From Felis catus (Eukaryota): a stretch of 64,000 nt of DNA. A program made the translations under genes and the position numbers. Position 1 is the first letter of the stretch; every line of letters starts with the position of its first letter. The notes beneath the pieces are model-generated. The model did not search any database. It was not told the DNA's origin and saw nothing but the letters and a program-made list of their open reading frames with translations. Location: contig NC_058368.1 in the NCBI RefSeq assembly GCF_018350175.1, forward strand, positions 109,494,001 through 109,558,000. Reading direction: 5' to 3'. Shown here one piece after another: positions 38,461 to 53,408 of the stretch.

Positions 38461-41400
38461 GAAATAGTTATTGATGACAGTGTCCTCTGACCCCACTCTG
38501 AAACAGAAAAATCAAAGAAAGTCACTATTATGTGACAGATCGTTGCCATTCCATCCTTATCAGTATTTATTGAACATTTCGAGTTTTATCTCAACTGGTG
38601 AGACACAGCTTCTTGCTTCTGGGAGCCTAAGCCGCCTGGGGAGTAGATATCCAGAAAAAGGCCTATGTTATCCATGTTTTCATGTAGCACTGCTTGTATT
38701 TCATTGATGCTCAGTCAGGTAAGTAAAAGCCATACTATTGATGACTCCTTCCCCAGACCATAGCCTGAGAGGCAGAGTTCAGCTTCCTGTTTCTGGCTCA
38801 TTGTTCCATGTCACAAATTATAACTCTGAAGGCTCTTAATAAAACTGTTCGATATTTACTTAGCTGATAGTCTCCAAGTGGCAAGCAGGTAGATCTGGAT
38901 GAGGACCTGGAATTAGCCCTTTGGCTGCCTGCCCACCCCACCACCCACCTCCCACTTCCTGCCACACCCCAACTGCGCAGACCTCAGCTGGACTCCTCCC
39001 CCAGCACATCCCTTCTGGAAGGGAGGGTCTCAGTTTCAGTGTGTTCGTGTAACTTACTTCAAATTATTTTGAGCTCTCTGTTAATGAGCTCTTAGAACCA
39101 CTGACTAGGAAGCTGGATAAGTTGATACGTAAGAATTCTTCCTATCTTTAGTCCTGTTGCTACACAGAAGGCAAGTTAAACATAGTATACTAGTACAAGG
39201 CTTCAGATTTGAACTGTTTCTACCTGTCCACCTTTAAAGCCAGATGCTGTTGGGGGATCTCACATTTCCATACATTCAGCGCTGTCTTCTCTCAGCCCAT
39301 GTGAACCGGGCCCGGTAGTGGAATGGATACCTGGCCTCTGGATCGCTGCTTTGTTCACCCTGACCCATGCAAAGACTCCACTTTACAATTAAGGAAATGG
39401 TTAAAATAGTACATTGCAGACCTCTCAAACTAAGCTCTCTTAATCTAGACACTGACTCACTTGGAAATAAAAAGGAGTCCCAAAATATCCCTCTGGGGGG
39501 GTCAATTTTTTTGAGTCAAAACTCATCTATGAGAATAAAACAGGCCAAGAAGGGATGACTGAAGGTAGCAAAGGACCACATCTCCTCATGACTCACCTAG
39601 CCAGACAGCTTTCCAAGTCTCCACAGACTAGGCCTACGGGTGCCCTGCCAACCAACCAAGCAAGTCTGCAGAATCTGATAAGCATCCTGAAAAATGAGCC
39701 ACAGATGCAAAAACTCAGTTTACAGCACGGGATCTGGCACTTGTCATTAAGATTTAGAAATAAAGTCTCTTGACCTCAAAGAAGAGTGAGCTTCACAAGT
39801 CACAGGCATGATGAGAAAGAGGCCCTTCTTGCTTCCCCTGGGCTGGTAAGCAAGAACATGATTTGTTCCGGAAGTCATGACTGCAAAAGCTTGCTATCTG
39901 GGCAAAGTCCCTTTACAGCCACTCTGGGCAGCCCATCCCCTTCATGTCCTTGGAGCTCCCAGAGGCCCCAGACACTCTTCTTTACCGACGATGACGCTTT
40001 GGTGAGACACCAGGAAGTACAAGGGCCAGAATGTGGTGGATGAAGCCTAGTGGAAGGGGCCTATTCTGGTCCCATGACAGCGACCAGACACTCACAAACA
40101 TGAAACATTCACTATGGGTCTCTGTGGGGCCCAGGCATGGGGTTCAAAGGATACTGTGTGTTGGAAGAGGCAATACAATACAACATAACATGATATAGTA
40201 CAGATTAGGCAGAACTTAAAATCTTACATATGGTTTAAAATGTGGCTTTAAAAAATATGAAGAGCCTTCTACCCTGACCTTCAAATTTAAGATACTGAGA
40301 TAAAAAATGTTTGAGAGATGTGAGAAATGAGAGAAATGACATAGAAAACAAATTTCCATTGCTTTCTCCCATGTTAAAGACACATTATAAAATTTTACCC
40401 TTGCTATAAATGTACATTTTATACTTGATTTTCCTAATATTTATGAGCAAACTGCCTGGTCGCTGGAAGAATTGATTCAGCGGCCTCACTGGCAGCAAGG
40501 CACCAAAATTTAAAAGCAGCCTGGGGAACTGGATGTCACTGGCAACCTCGCCTTAATGCTTGCTCGAATTATAAAGTAATCACCTAAAATAGTAAAGCTG
40601 AGTATGTTTAGATGCACAAATATAAAGGTTTAAGCTAGATTTTTACTTGAGGAGTTTTCCCCTTTACTTGTTAAACATTCAGAACATTGTTTTTACGTAA
40701 TCGGTGATCTAATTGTAAATGGCAAACGAGTACAAATTAGTATTGGGCTCAGCCAATAATAAACTGTGACCTTGGGCACATTGCTTTGTGTAGCTCAGAG
40801 CCTGGAGCCCATTAGGCACTGTCAATAGACTTTGCTTGTACCAGCAATTCCGTTTCAATCAGTATTTAATCCCTGGTCTATTCTTGGTGATCATAATCAG
40901 AATGAGTTCAAACTCTATACATCAGTAATGATCTTTAACAGGGGGTTTTCTCCCTCCTCCCCCTGGAGAGAGGGGCCTATAACAAAATTCCAAGTTGATT
41001 GAGGCTCCACTTCCTATGAGATCACAGAATGATTTCTCCAAGGCACCCAGCAGTCTGTCCTGAAAAAGCTTAGAAGATGTGAAAAGCAGCTATGGAAATG
41101 AAAATCACAACAAAGGGAATATGACTAAGAATGAAAACAGGCAGTATAATGCCAATTCTGCTTCTGAAATAGCTTTGGCATCCATCTCTGTCTTTCTGCC
41201 CACCCCCCACCCAGCTCAGCGTCCCTTACCATCTCTCCCAGGGACCTGCCACCACCCCAGTAGCACCATCCATTCGCTGTACTGGCATTGGTCATAGCAG
41301 GCTGTAAAGAAGCATAGGTCATGAAACAACATGTGGTCTAATTCCATCTGTATAGAACATATATTTGGCTGTGTTTATACCTATGGACGTATACAGAAAA

Positions 41401-41529
41401 CTTTGCAGAATAAACAAAAGTTAAGAATGATTCTCTAACATGTGATCCATTCCTCTTATATTTTGGAAATTATTGAGAATTGGGAAAACATAAGCATCAA
41501 TTTTATGATCAGAAAATAACTAAAGCTTA

Positions 41530-41775
41530 TAGAGAACAAACTGAAGGTTACCACAGGGAAGGTGGGTTGGGGGATGGGTGAAATAGGTGAGGGGGATTAA
41601 GGAGGGCACTTATCATGATGTACAGAAGTGTTGAATCACTATAATGTATACCTGAAACTAAAACAACACTCTATGTTAACTAACTGGAATTAAAATAAAA
41701 GCTTCAAAAATAATAAAAAAAAAAATAAATAAACCCAATGTTTTCAGAGAACCAAAAAAGAAAAAAGAAAAAGAA
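41530..41775 (+). mobile_element. L1 3' end fragment
   Basis: gaacaaactga.ggtt..ggggatgggtgaaataggtga..tgtatacctgaaacta..tatgttaactaactggaatt plus A tail. Confidence 0.8.
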
Positions 41776-42392
41776 GAGAATCGAAGCTACTTTTTAAAAA
41801 GAAGGAAAGCAAGCTTTCCACGGTATTCTACTGCAAACAGGGTAAAGTCCAAACTAGAATTTAAGAGCCTCTATCCATGACCCCAGATTATTTTTCCAAC
41901 ATTATCTTCTGTCTCTCTGACACACACCCAAATGGAAAACACACTAGACTATTTACCCTTAATTCTGTCTTCCCCATCTAACCTGCAAGCCCTTGCCTAT
42001 ATTGTTCATATAGCCTGCTTCTTGAAGACCTCAGATGCCTTTTAGAAGCTGCCCGCTGGTAAGCCCATTGAGCATTGATTTCATTTGGATAGGTAACATA
42101 ATTGTGTTTTTCTCTAGTCCACTAAGCACTGAGCTCCCCAAAGGCAGGTAGTGCCTTCTCCCCTGAGTATCTGGCTCGCTGCACCTGCGGCAGTTGCAGA
42201 AGACTTTACAGGGGTGGGATTTCAGCTGACTTTAAAGAAAAGCTGAGTTTAAAGATAACTATTTAGATAAATGATAGCTGATCGCTGTTCTCATTGTATA
42301 TTTAAAATGCAAAAACTTCTTTGAAGGGCATTGTTATGATTCTGATGTAGACTGTTTAATATTACTAAATAAATTGACCTCAGAAGTTCTCC

Positions 42393-42848
42393 TTTATTTT
42401 ATTTATTTATTTTTATTTTAGAGAGAGAGAGAGACAAAGCGGAGGGGGGGCTGGGGTAGGGAGAGGGGCAGAGGGAGGGAGAGAATCACGCAGGTTCCAC
42501 ACTCAGTGCGGAGCCTGATTCAGGGCTCAATCCCACGACCCTGGGATCATGACCTTAGCAGAAATCGAGTCTGATACTCAACCCACTGAGCTACCCAGAT
42601 GCCCCTAAAAGTTATCCTTTAAATGGGAGATGTACCTTCTTTTTTTTTTTTAATGTTTATTTATTTTTGAGAGATACAGAGCATGAGCATGGAGGGACAG
42701 AGAGAGAGGGAGACACAGAATCCAAAGCAGGCTCTAGGCCCTGAGCTGTCAGCACAGAGACCGATGCGGGACTCAAACTCACGAACTGTGAGATCATGGC
42801 CTGAGCCAAAGTCAGACGCTTAACCGACTGAGCCACACAGGCTCTCCG
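42393..42848 (-). mobile_element. Two antisense CAN-SINEs (about 42393-42605 and 42638-42848)
   Basis: Reverse SINE bodies; TSD GGGAGATGTACCTTCT around the second. Confidence 0.9.
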
Positions 42849-42899
42849 GGAGATGTACCTTCTGATTTTGCACTAACATTCTTAAGCTAAAAGGATACA

Positions 42900-44182
42900 A
42901 TATCTACAATTTATAAATGGTTGTCATCAATAAACAAAATTAAAAGGCAAATGACAAACTTGGAAAATATTGACAACATATATAATAAAAGGTTAATAAC
43001 TACATATCAACAAGAAAAATGAATGGGGAAAGGGGAGAAAGGCAATTCACAAAAGAACAAATTCAAATAGCCAATAAATAAGATGGGAAAAGTTTAACGT
43101 CATTAGTAATAAAATAAATAGGAACTAGAGTGAGATACAACTTTTCACCTTCGAAAATGACAAGTTAAAAGATCCTACTCAGCACCATTGAGGAAAAGGC
43201 AAGGTACTTTCATGGGGCTGTAACTTTTCTGGAAAACAGTTTAGCATTAAGTTTCAAGAGTTTTGAAAATAATTCCCTTTGGGGCGCCTGGATGGCTCCA
43301 TCGGTTAGGCGTCTGACTTCAGCTCAGGTCATGATCTCACAGTCTGTGAGTTCGAGCCCCGCATCGGGCTCTGTGCTGACAGCTCAGAGCCTGGAGCCTG
43401 CTTGGGATTCTGTGTCTGCCCCTCCCCTGCTCATGCTCTGTCTCTCCCTGTCTCAAAAGTAAATAAAAACATTAAAAATTTTTTTTTAAATAAAAAAAAA
43501 GAAAAAGAAAATAATTCCCTTTGACCTAGTGATTAGACTTGTAGGATTCTACCCTAAGGAATTAATCAGAAATGTGCACAAAGTTTTGTATATGAGCACC
43601 ACCATTCATAAGAATTAAAAACTGGAAATAATACAGACTGCCAACTATAAGAAAACAAAGTGTAATACTACTACATTTATTTGATGCCATAATAAAAATG
43701 CATTTTTAGAGGCGTCTGGGTGGCTCAGTCGGTTAAGCGTCCAACTTCAGCTCAGATCATGATCTCACAGTTTGTGAATTTGAGCCCAACATTTGTCTTG
43801 CTACTGTTAACACAGATCCTGCTTCGTTTCCTCTGTTCTCCTTTGTCTCTGCCCCTCTCCTGCTTGCTCTCTCTCTCTCTCAAAAATAAACATTAAAAAT
43901 TTTATTAAAGGGGCAGCTGGGTGGCTCAGTTAGTTGAGCATCCAACTTTGGCTCAGGTCATGGTCTCATGGTTCGTGAGTTCGAGCCCCGCATCAGGCGG
44001 TCTGCTGTCAGCTCAAAGCCCCCTGTGGATTTTTTGTTCCCTTCTCTCTCTGCCCCTTCCCCACTTGCACTCTCCCTCTCTCAAAAAAAAAAAAAAATCT
44101 TTTTTTAAAAGTTATTAAATTTTTTTAGTTTAAAAATCATACATTTTTATGTTTTTTGAAAAGTTTACCTATTTATTTTTGA

Positions 44183-44242
<60 letters not shown>

Positions 44243-44470
44243 ACATAAGCGGGGGAGAGGCAGGGAGAGAGAAACACACAGAATCCAAAGCAGGCTCCAG
44301 GCTCTGAGCTGTCAGTGTAGAGCTGGACGCGGGGCTCGAACCAACGAACTATGAAACCATGACCTGAGCCAAAGTCAGATGTTTAATTGACTGAGCCACA
44401 TAGGCTCAAAAACCATATATTTTTAAAGAATAGATAATGTCATTGAGGAAAATGTTCACACTATGAAATG
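42900..44470. mobile_element. Old L1 remnant holding four CAN-SINEs (43281-43510 +, 43709-43900 +, 43909-44097 +, 44145-44407 -)
   Basis: L1 ORF2-like phrases (aggcaattcacaaaagaa..aaatagccaataaa); TSD GAAAATAATTCCCTTTG around the first SINE. Confidence 0.8.
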
Positions 44471-44629
44471 GGAGAAAAAAGATTAAATACTAAGCATTGT
44501 GGAAATAGGACTAAAGATAGAAATCACCCTGGGAAATGGGATTGGGGAAAAGATGGTCTTTCATATTTCACTGCTCTCGTTTTTGTTTTAGTCAGTGATA
44601 ATAGTATAATAGTTGCTATACAACTAATA

Positions 44630-44850
44630 ACAATTTGAATGTTCACTGTGGGCCAAGTATTGTTTTAAGTATTTTGTGTTTATTTTCTCACTTAATCCTC
44701 ACAATGACGTGTTGAGGTAAGCATTATTATCATCCCCACTTTACAGATAAGAAAACTGAAGTGCAGAGAGATCAAGCAAGTTCCAAGGTAGAGAGCTATG
44801 CTTCAAGTGTGGCATTTTGACTCCTGTCTTATTCTCGCTAACTACTACTG
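44630..44850. mobile_element. MIR fragment
   Basis: ttaatcctcacaa..gaggta..attattatcatccccactttacagataagaaaactga; similar MIR cores near 5880, 6300, 12500, 15600, 51000, 59110. Confidence 0.8.
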
Positions 44851-45481
44851 AGTGGCACCTCTGGGTATCTACTTGTAGTATGGTGTTTGAAAATTAAGCT
44901 GATCCTATTTTTTTTGCCCTGGTGGCTTACTCAGCCGAAAAGCTTCTTCTACCTAGCTACATAACTACCTGATCTCTTCAAGTCTTTGTATAATGGGACC
45001 TTCAGAAGAGTCCTACCCTGAACACAGGGTGCAAAATGGCAGTCTGCCCCTCCTCTGTTTTACTCTGCTTTATTTTCTCCATAGTATTCATCTAGCATAT
45101 TATTCAATTTTCGAATGCACCATATTACTTCTGTCCCCCACCTCCCCCAACCCATGAGCTCTACTAGGTTAGGGGGTTTTATCTGTCTTGCTAACTGATG
45201 TATTACAGCCTGAAAAGGTACTGGCACAAACTAGGTGCTCAATATATATTTACGTATTAAAGAAAAATTTTAAATACAGCACAATTATAATTTTGTTTCC
45301 TTGTTTTAAAGCACAGCATACTCATGTGTATGGTGGAGAAGAACAATTCTTTCAAAACGTTAATGGTGATTTCAAGTGATGTTTCTTCTTCATTGTGTCT
45401 TTTGTGGTTTTATTCTCAAAATTCCATGTGAAAATGTACTCTTTTATCATGAAACTACTGCTTTTTAAAACGTCTCTTCTA

Positions 45482-45697
45482 GGGGCGCCTGGGTGGCTCA
45501 GTTGGTTAAGCTTCCGACTTCTGCTCAGGTCATGATGTCGCGGTTCGTGAGTTAGAGCCCTGGGTCGGGCTCTGTGCTGACAGCTCAGAGCCTGGAGCTG
45601 CTTCAGATTCTGTGCCTCCCTCTCTCTCTGCCCCTCCCCTGCTCACACTCTGTCTCTCTCTGTCTCAAAAATAAAAAAACACTAAAAAAAAAAAAAA
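45482..45697 (+). mobile_element. CAN-SINE just upstream of the SOWAHA promoter
   Basis: TSD AAACGTCTCTTCTA (45468-45481 / 45701-45714). Confidence 0.92.
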
Positions 45698-45899
45698 TTT
45701 AAACGTCTCTTCTAAACCTCGGGTAACATACATGGCCATGCACAATGAACTGTCTTTGCTGCAGATTGCAAGAAGCCGTTTTCCTCCGTGAAACGCAGAG
45801 GAATCGACAATTGGAAAGATACCGATGGTCTTTAAATAAAATATTGCTTTTAAGTAATCTCCTGATATTTTGTGGGGGTTAACTATTCCTTATGGAAAT

Positions 45900-48149
<2,250 letters not shown>

Positions 48150-49247
48150 CAGTCCCTGAGGCTCAGCTTGGTTGATGTAACCCAGCCTGCCCCTCAGTCC
48201 AAGCCTGCCCAGAACAGTGGCTCAACACCTGTGGCTACATCCTATTTCCAGCTTTCTCCACTGCAGCCTGTTTTACCCAGGTGGGCCTACGCCTCTAGCT
48301 TCTGCGTGAAGCTTGATCTGTCTGCGAAGATGGGAATCAAGATCTGAGAGAGCGCCACCTATAACAAATTCCAGAAATCAGGCTTGAACTTGGGAGACTT
48401 GAATTTTAGGATCAGAAGTTAAGGGCCCCTGCATGAGTTACCCGGACCTCTGCATCTACACACTCCCAAGCCAGAACTAGAGCAAGGGTTTCTAAATGTT
48501 GTGTGGTGTTGGATAGTTTGTGAGCTTTAAGATACAGAGTGGTTTTGTAATCTGATGCTTTTATCCTATTTTTAAATTGAAATGAGGTAAAACAATTTTC
48601 ATAATAGCCTTTTGAAATTATATTTTTCCATTTTTAGGCAAAATGCTCATTTTCAATCTTTTGCTAAATATTTTGGAGTTCTATTTAAAAAACAGATGAT
48701 CAAGATCTAAAGGAAATTAGTCCCAACCAACAAAACCCTTAAACCTTTACCTACCTCATTTTAGGCGTTCAAGATTCTAGAGAGTCTTGGAGACAGAATG
48801 TGACCATTGTGAATGTAATTAATTTCAGTTGTGCTGTGAATGCTAAATATTAGGAAGCAAGTGCATCTTGGGAGAAAGAATGATTTAACTGAGAGAAAGA
48901 GGCATTTTGGCAAATACTTTTAATTTGTGGTTGTCTTTATGATGAAATACAAAATGTCTTTGGCACTGGTGGGTGATTTTTTTTGATTTGGCATGAATCT
49001 TTAATTTTTTAAGTGTGATTTATTTGTGAATGCACCATTGTGCCATGTTCCTGAATCTGGTTTTTCAAATCTGGCTGAGCCTTTCGATGCAGTACGTAAA
49101 TATTCAAAGAAAAAAATGTCATAGCATTACACCAGAAAAATAACTGGTTAAATAATAGTGGGTACACTTAAAGAGCTACTATTTTATGTGAAAATTCTAT
49201 AAAAACAAAAAGTATGTTACATCCATCTTTAAAAGCCATCTGAAAGC

Positions 49248-49427
49248 GGGCGCCTGAGTGGCTCAGTAGGTTGAGCGTCTGACTTCAGCCCGGGTCGAGC
49301 CCCGCGTCGGACTCTGTGCTGACAGCTCAGAGCCTGGAGCCTGCTTGGGATTCTGTGTCTCCCTCTCTCTCTGCCCCTCTCCTACTCATGCTCTGTCTCT
49401 CTCTCTCTGTCAAAAATAAATAATCAT
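49248..49427 (+). mobile_element. Internally deleted CAN-SINE in the presumed SOWAHA 3'UTR
   Basis: TSD AAAAGCCATCTGAAAGC (49231-49247 / 49428-49444); lacks the tcatgatctc..gtgagt segment. Confidence 0.9.
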
Positions 49428-49827
49428 AAAAGCCATCTGAAAGCAAACAACTTATTCCAAAATAGCAAATGCAGAATTTCTTTGCTCAGTGAACTTAGAG
49501 GAATGGCCTAACTTCCCCAGACATTTGCTCACATCTATAATTGCAAAGGTTTGTAGATATCACCAAGAGGTCCCAGGCTCAACACATTGTAACTATAGTG
49601 GCTCTTTTTGTCTTTGAAAGATGGGGAATCTATTTGCTCAACCAGCCTTTTTGTGTATCTTATTGTGGTAATGCTCTGCTTTTGCGAACTGTGTCTGCAT
49701 GTCATTACTTCTATCAAATAGTTCTTGTGGCAGAGGAGAGTGCGGCTCCTCCCTTCTATATGTATCAGTGAGGCATCTGACATTATTTAAGGCAATCCTT
49801 AATGGAATGTTTTGATTTAAGCAATGA

Positions 49828-49833
49828 AATAAA
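49828..49833 (+). terminator. Likely SOWAHA polyadenylation signal
   Basis: AATAAA at the end of an AT-rich 3'UTR, followed by a U/GU-rich stretch (ttttgtttctgcttgtgtg). Confidence 0.55.
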
Positions 49834-50647
49834 CAAGTCTCTCATTTTGTTTCTGCTTGTGTGATAATGCACTCCCCTTCAACATTCTACAGCTCTTGCT
49901 ACTGTATTTTTCTGTCTTCTAATCTAAATGTCTTCAGTTTCTCTTCATTCTCTTCCTGGCATTCTATTATTGAAAGAGTTTGAATTGATCTGCAAAATAA
50001 AGGCATCAGCCACACACAGTTACCAAAAAAAAAAAAAAAAAAAAAAAAAATAGATGAATGTAGGCTCTAATCTGACCCTTTCTACCTTCCTTGCCTGGAA
50101 CTCTAGCTAAACTGCATAAATTATTTAAAAATGCAAATTAAATCTGCCTCTGCAGAAAAATTGTGGGAGGCAATAATTATAGCAATCTCAGTTGCTGAAG
50201 GTGTAGAAGATGGAATAAAATATTAGAGATTTTCCATGGTAAAAGAGAGGCTTGACTGAAAAAGTATAACAAAGGTCACAAACACAGGTATGACCTGCCT
50301 GGAGAAAGACAAAATCTAAACCAGCAAAGTAGTAATAATAGGAACTAATGTTTATTGCACACTCAAATCAGAGGAGGGTTACTTAAGCTGCCAGAAGAAT
50401 CTTTGTGTTTCAGAAGGGCATGCTGCACGCCTTCCAAGTGAAGTAAAACATTTGGCAGGAGTTCAGGATCAATAAGCCTAAAACTTAGGTTAAAAACCAC
50501 TGTGTTTTCCTTACAGGTCAAGACTTTCTAAAACTATAGAGTAAATCAGTAGGAAATTACACTTTGATGTGCATATGGAAAGTTTTCAAGTAACATATAT
50601 TGCCTAGCAGGAGGTATACCTGTGAGGGGTATTGCCAACAAATGACA

Positions 50648-50648
<1 letters not shown>

Positions 50649-50695
<47 letters not shown>

Positions 50696-50696
50696 A
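50649..50696. repeat. (TAAA)n microsatellite
   Basis: Direct reading. Confidence 0.9.
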
Positions 50697-52016
50697 TGTT
50701 GCTTATAAGTTAAGACAATTTAGCTGGCTAGAATCATCACAGGGAAAAGAATCACTCTTTTTAATGCAGGAGAAGTTGATCATTGATATAGATGTGTATG
50801 AGTCACCCAGAGCAAGCTTTTAAATAAAGGTTTACACTTCCTTTCAGGGAGGCTGGGGGTTGTTCTTAAACGTGTCTCACTTATCTAATGAAGACCAGGG
50901 TATATGTGGTGATATACATATGGCCTGCATTTATTAAGCACCAGCATGCTTCTAACCACTGCACAAGTATTAACCTCAACCTTATCAAGTATGTTCTGTT
51001 AGTATCTTGATTTTAAAGCAAGGAAACTGACACCACAACAAATTGTAAGCATCTTGTCCAGGCTTCACAGCTAGTGACTGTCAGAAAGGGATGGTCTTCT
51101 GGTGCTCTTTTCCATCACAGTGTCCTGGTGCAGAAAAGCGAGGTGGTCTTATCTCAGCCCTTACTCATCTAGTGACCTTAGGCAAATCACCTAATTCTCC
51201 AAACTCTGTCTCCCTCCTTCATGGGACATAAGACTGGCCGTACCTATCCTACAGGCTGTGAGGAGGGTGGGGCATAGGAAAGAAGTAGGTATAGCTCCTT
51301 GGGAACTGCAACACCATCCTGAAATATCACCGGGGTGCCCAGTTGGTCCCATAGGGGTATCTGGCTGCATTCCAAAACCAAATAGCTCTGATTTGTGGCT
51401 TTGCTTTACACGATCAGCACTCTTTTACCATGTTAGTATCTGTATACATAAGTAACAATGGCAGCTGCTGGGAAAAATATTCCCACCAAAAGGAGATTAT
51501 CTCATGTTCTGTATGATATCACTTTAGTTAAAAATAGATACCACAATGTCTTTCTTAATACACATTCCTCTAGCATCCCTAACCCGCCTTCCAGACCTAA
51601 CCAGATGTCATTCAGCCAGCTGGACTGAAAGCACTTCTCAACACAATTATAAAGCTGGGACCACCCAGGACCCATATTCTCCGCCCCTCCCCTTTTTTTT
51701 TTCACCTTTTCCTGGAAGAAATTATTTGACCTTTTAAAATGGTTTCATAAATAGACTCTTTATGGTTCTCCAGATAGCTTTTTGCCTTGAACCTCTGTCC
51801 TGGCCTTACCCTTCCAGAACTACCACATCTCTGGACTTGAGCCTGTGAAGCAGAGGTGGCCTCAGGTGTTACTACAGGGAAGAGGAAAAAAGGAAGAGAT
51901 GGAGAAACAAGTTGGGCAGGTGCGGGGGTGGGGGGGGAAGGGTTGGAATTTGTCCAGATATCTCCTGGTGGCGGAGGGGGGGGGGGTCTTCCTAGAGGAC
52001 AGTTGGTGCTGATTTA

Positions 52017-52232
52017 TTTTATTTTTTTTTCAACGTTTATTTATTTTTGGGACAGAGAGAGACAGAGCATGAATGGGGGAGGGGCAGAGAGAGAGGGAGA
52101 CACAGAATCGGAAACAGGCTCCAGGCTCCGAGCCATCAGCCCAGAGCCTGACGCGGGGCTCGAACTCACGGACCGCGAGATCGTGACCTGGCTGAAGTCG
52201 GACGCTTAACCGACTGCGCCACCCAGGCGCCC
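52017..52232 (-). mobile_element. Young feline CAN-SINE (SINEC_Fc-like)
   Basis: CpG-intact reverse copy; 17-bp TSD CAGTTGGTGCTGATTTA (52000-52016 / 52234-52250). Confidence 0.95.
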
Positions 52233-52479
52233 TCAGTTGGTGCTGATTTAAGTTTCAACAACAGGTAAACCCCCTACCGTGATGGTCTAAACTGTAGCCA
52301 GCCTGAGATGGTAACACTACCGGGGTGGGGGGTGTTGAGAGGATTGCTTTACAGCAATTGCTGGCTCCTGCCCCTCCTCCCTCTGCCCCCACACTCCCCT
52401 TCCTTCTCTTCTCTCTGCAATTCTCAACCATCTTTGACCTAAATCGCCTCACAAGCTTCTGATTTACATGTGCATGAAC

Positions 52480-52830
52480 AGCAAGGTGATTTGCTCCCGA
52501 GAGGATCCCTGAGGTTTACAGCAGCCGCTCCCGGAGGTACGCCGTATGCAGAGCAGTCTGTTCCAGACAGATTGCGCGCCGGTTTGGGGCGCCGCGGAAC
52601 GCTGCTTCCCTATTCCGTTTCCAATTCACAGTCTGAAGGTAAAAAGTACACTAATTAAATCCACATTAGGAGGCGCAGCGGGGGCGGGGCTAGGGGAGCT
52701 GGGGAGGCGGCCGCGGGACTGCTGTTGCCTAGCAACAACGCCAGCCGAAGCCTGCCCCTCTGCAAAAAACCAGGGACACCGCCGCAGGCAGCGGGGCTGG
52801 GGGCGAGCGGGTGCGTGTGCTGACGGCTTA
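52480..52830. promoter_or_regulatory. Small orphan CpG-rich element with GC box and RFX X-box
   Basis: GGGGCGGGGC 52681-52690; GTTGCCTAGCAAC 52724-52736; CCAAT 52621; CpG-rich inside CpG-poor flanks. Confidence 0.6.
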
Positions 52831-52844
52831 AAGACACAGAAGCA

Positions 52845-53060
52845 GGGGCGCCTGGGTGGCTCAGTCGGTTAAGCCTCCGACTTCAGCTCAGGTCACGATC
52901 TCCCGGTCCGTGAGTTCGAGCCCCGCGTCAGGCTCTGGGCTGATGGCTCAGAGCCTGGAGCCTGCTTCCGATTCTGTGTCTCCCTCTCTCTCTGTCCCTC
53001 CCCTGTTCATTCTCTGTCTCTCTCTGTCTCAAAAATAAATAAACGTTAAAAAAAAAAAAA
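52845..53060 (+). mobile_element. Young CAN-SINE
   Basis: TSD aaagacacaga(a/g)gcag; CpG-intact body. Confidence 0.93.
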
Positions 53061-53390
53061 AGACACAGAGGCAGAACCCCCAAAAGAGACCCATGAAACC
53101 CTCTTTTCCACCCTGGGGGACTAAGTAAGGCTCTTTTTGATACTGATAACTCGATATCAACACCTCCGGCTTCCCTGCTCCCCACTTCTCATTAACCAAC
53201 AACTTTCCAACGAAGGCCCAGTGGCTGGCCAGAATTCCTTTCCGACAGAAGCAAAAAGGCTCAGATCCAGCCGTCAGGCCTAACGAGCACTGCTCAGCAG
53301 GGAAGGCAAAGCCCCTGTGGTTAGCCCAGAAGCCCTCCTAGCTGTAGACGAGGCGTTATGAAATACAGGTAGCTTTCATCACAAGGAGAA

Positions 53391-53408
53391 CAGTGCCCTC
53401 TGCTGGCA
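53391..53408 (-). promoter_or_regulatory. CTCF binding motif
   Basis: Minus strand TGCCAGCAGAGGGCACTG matches the CCASYAGRKGGCRS core. Confidence 0.65.
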
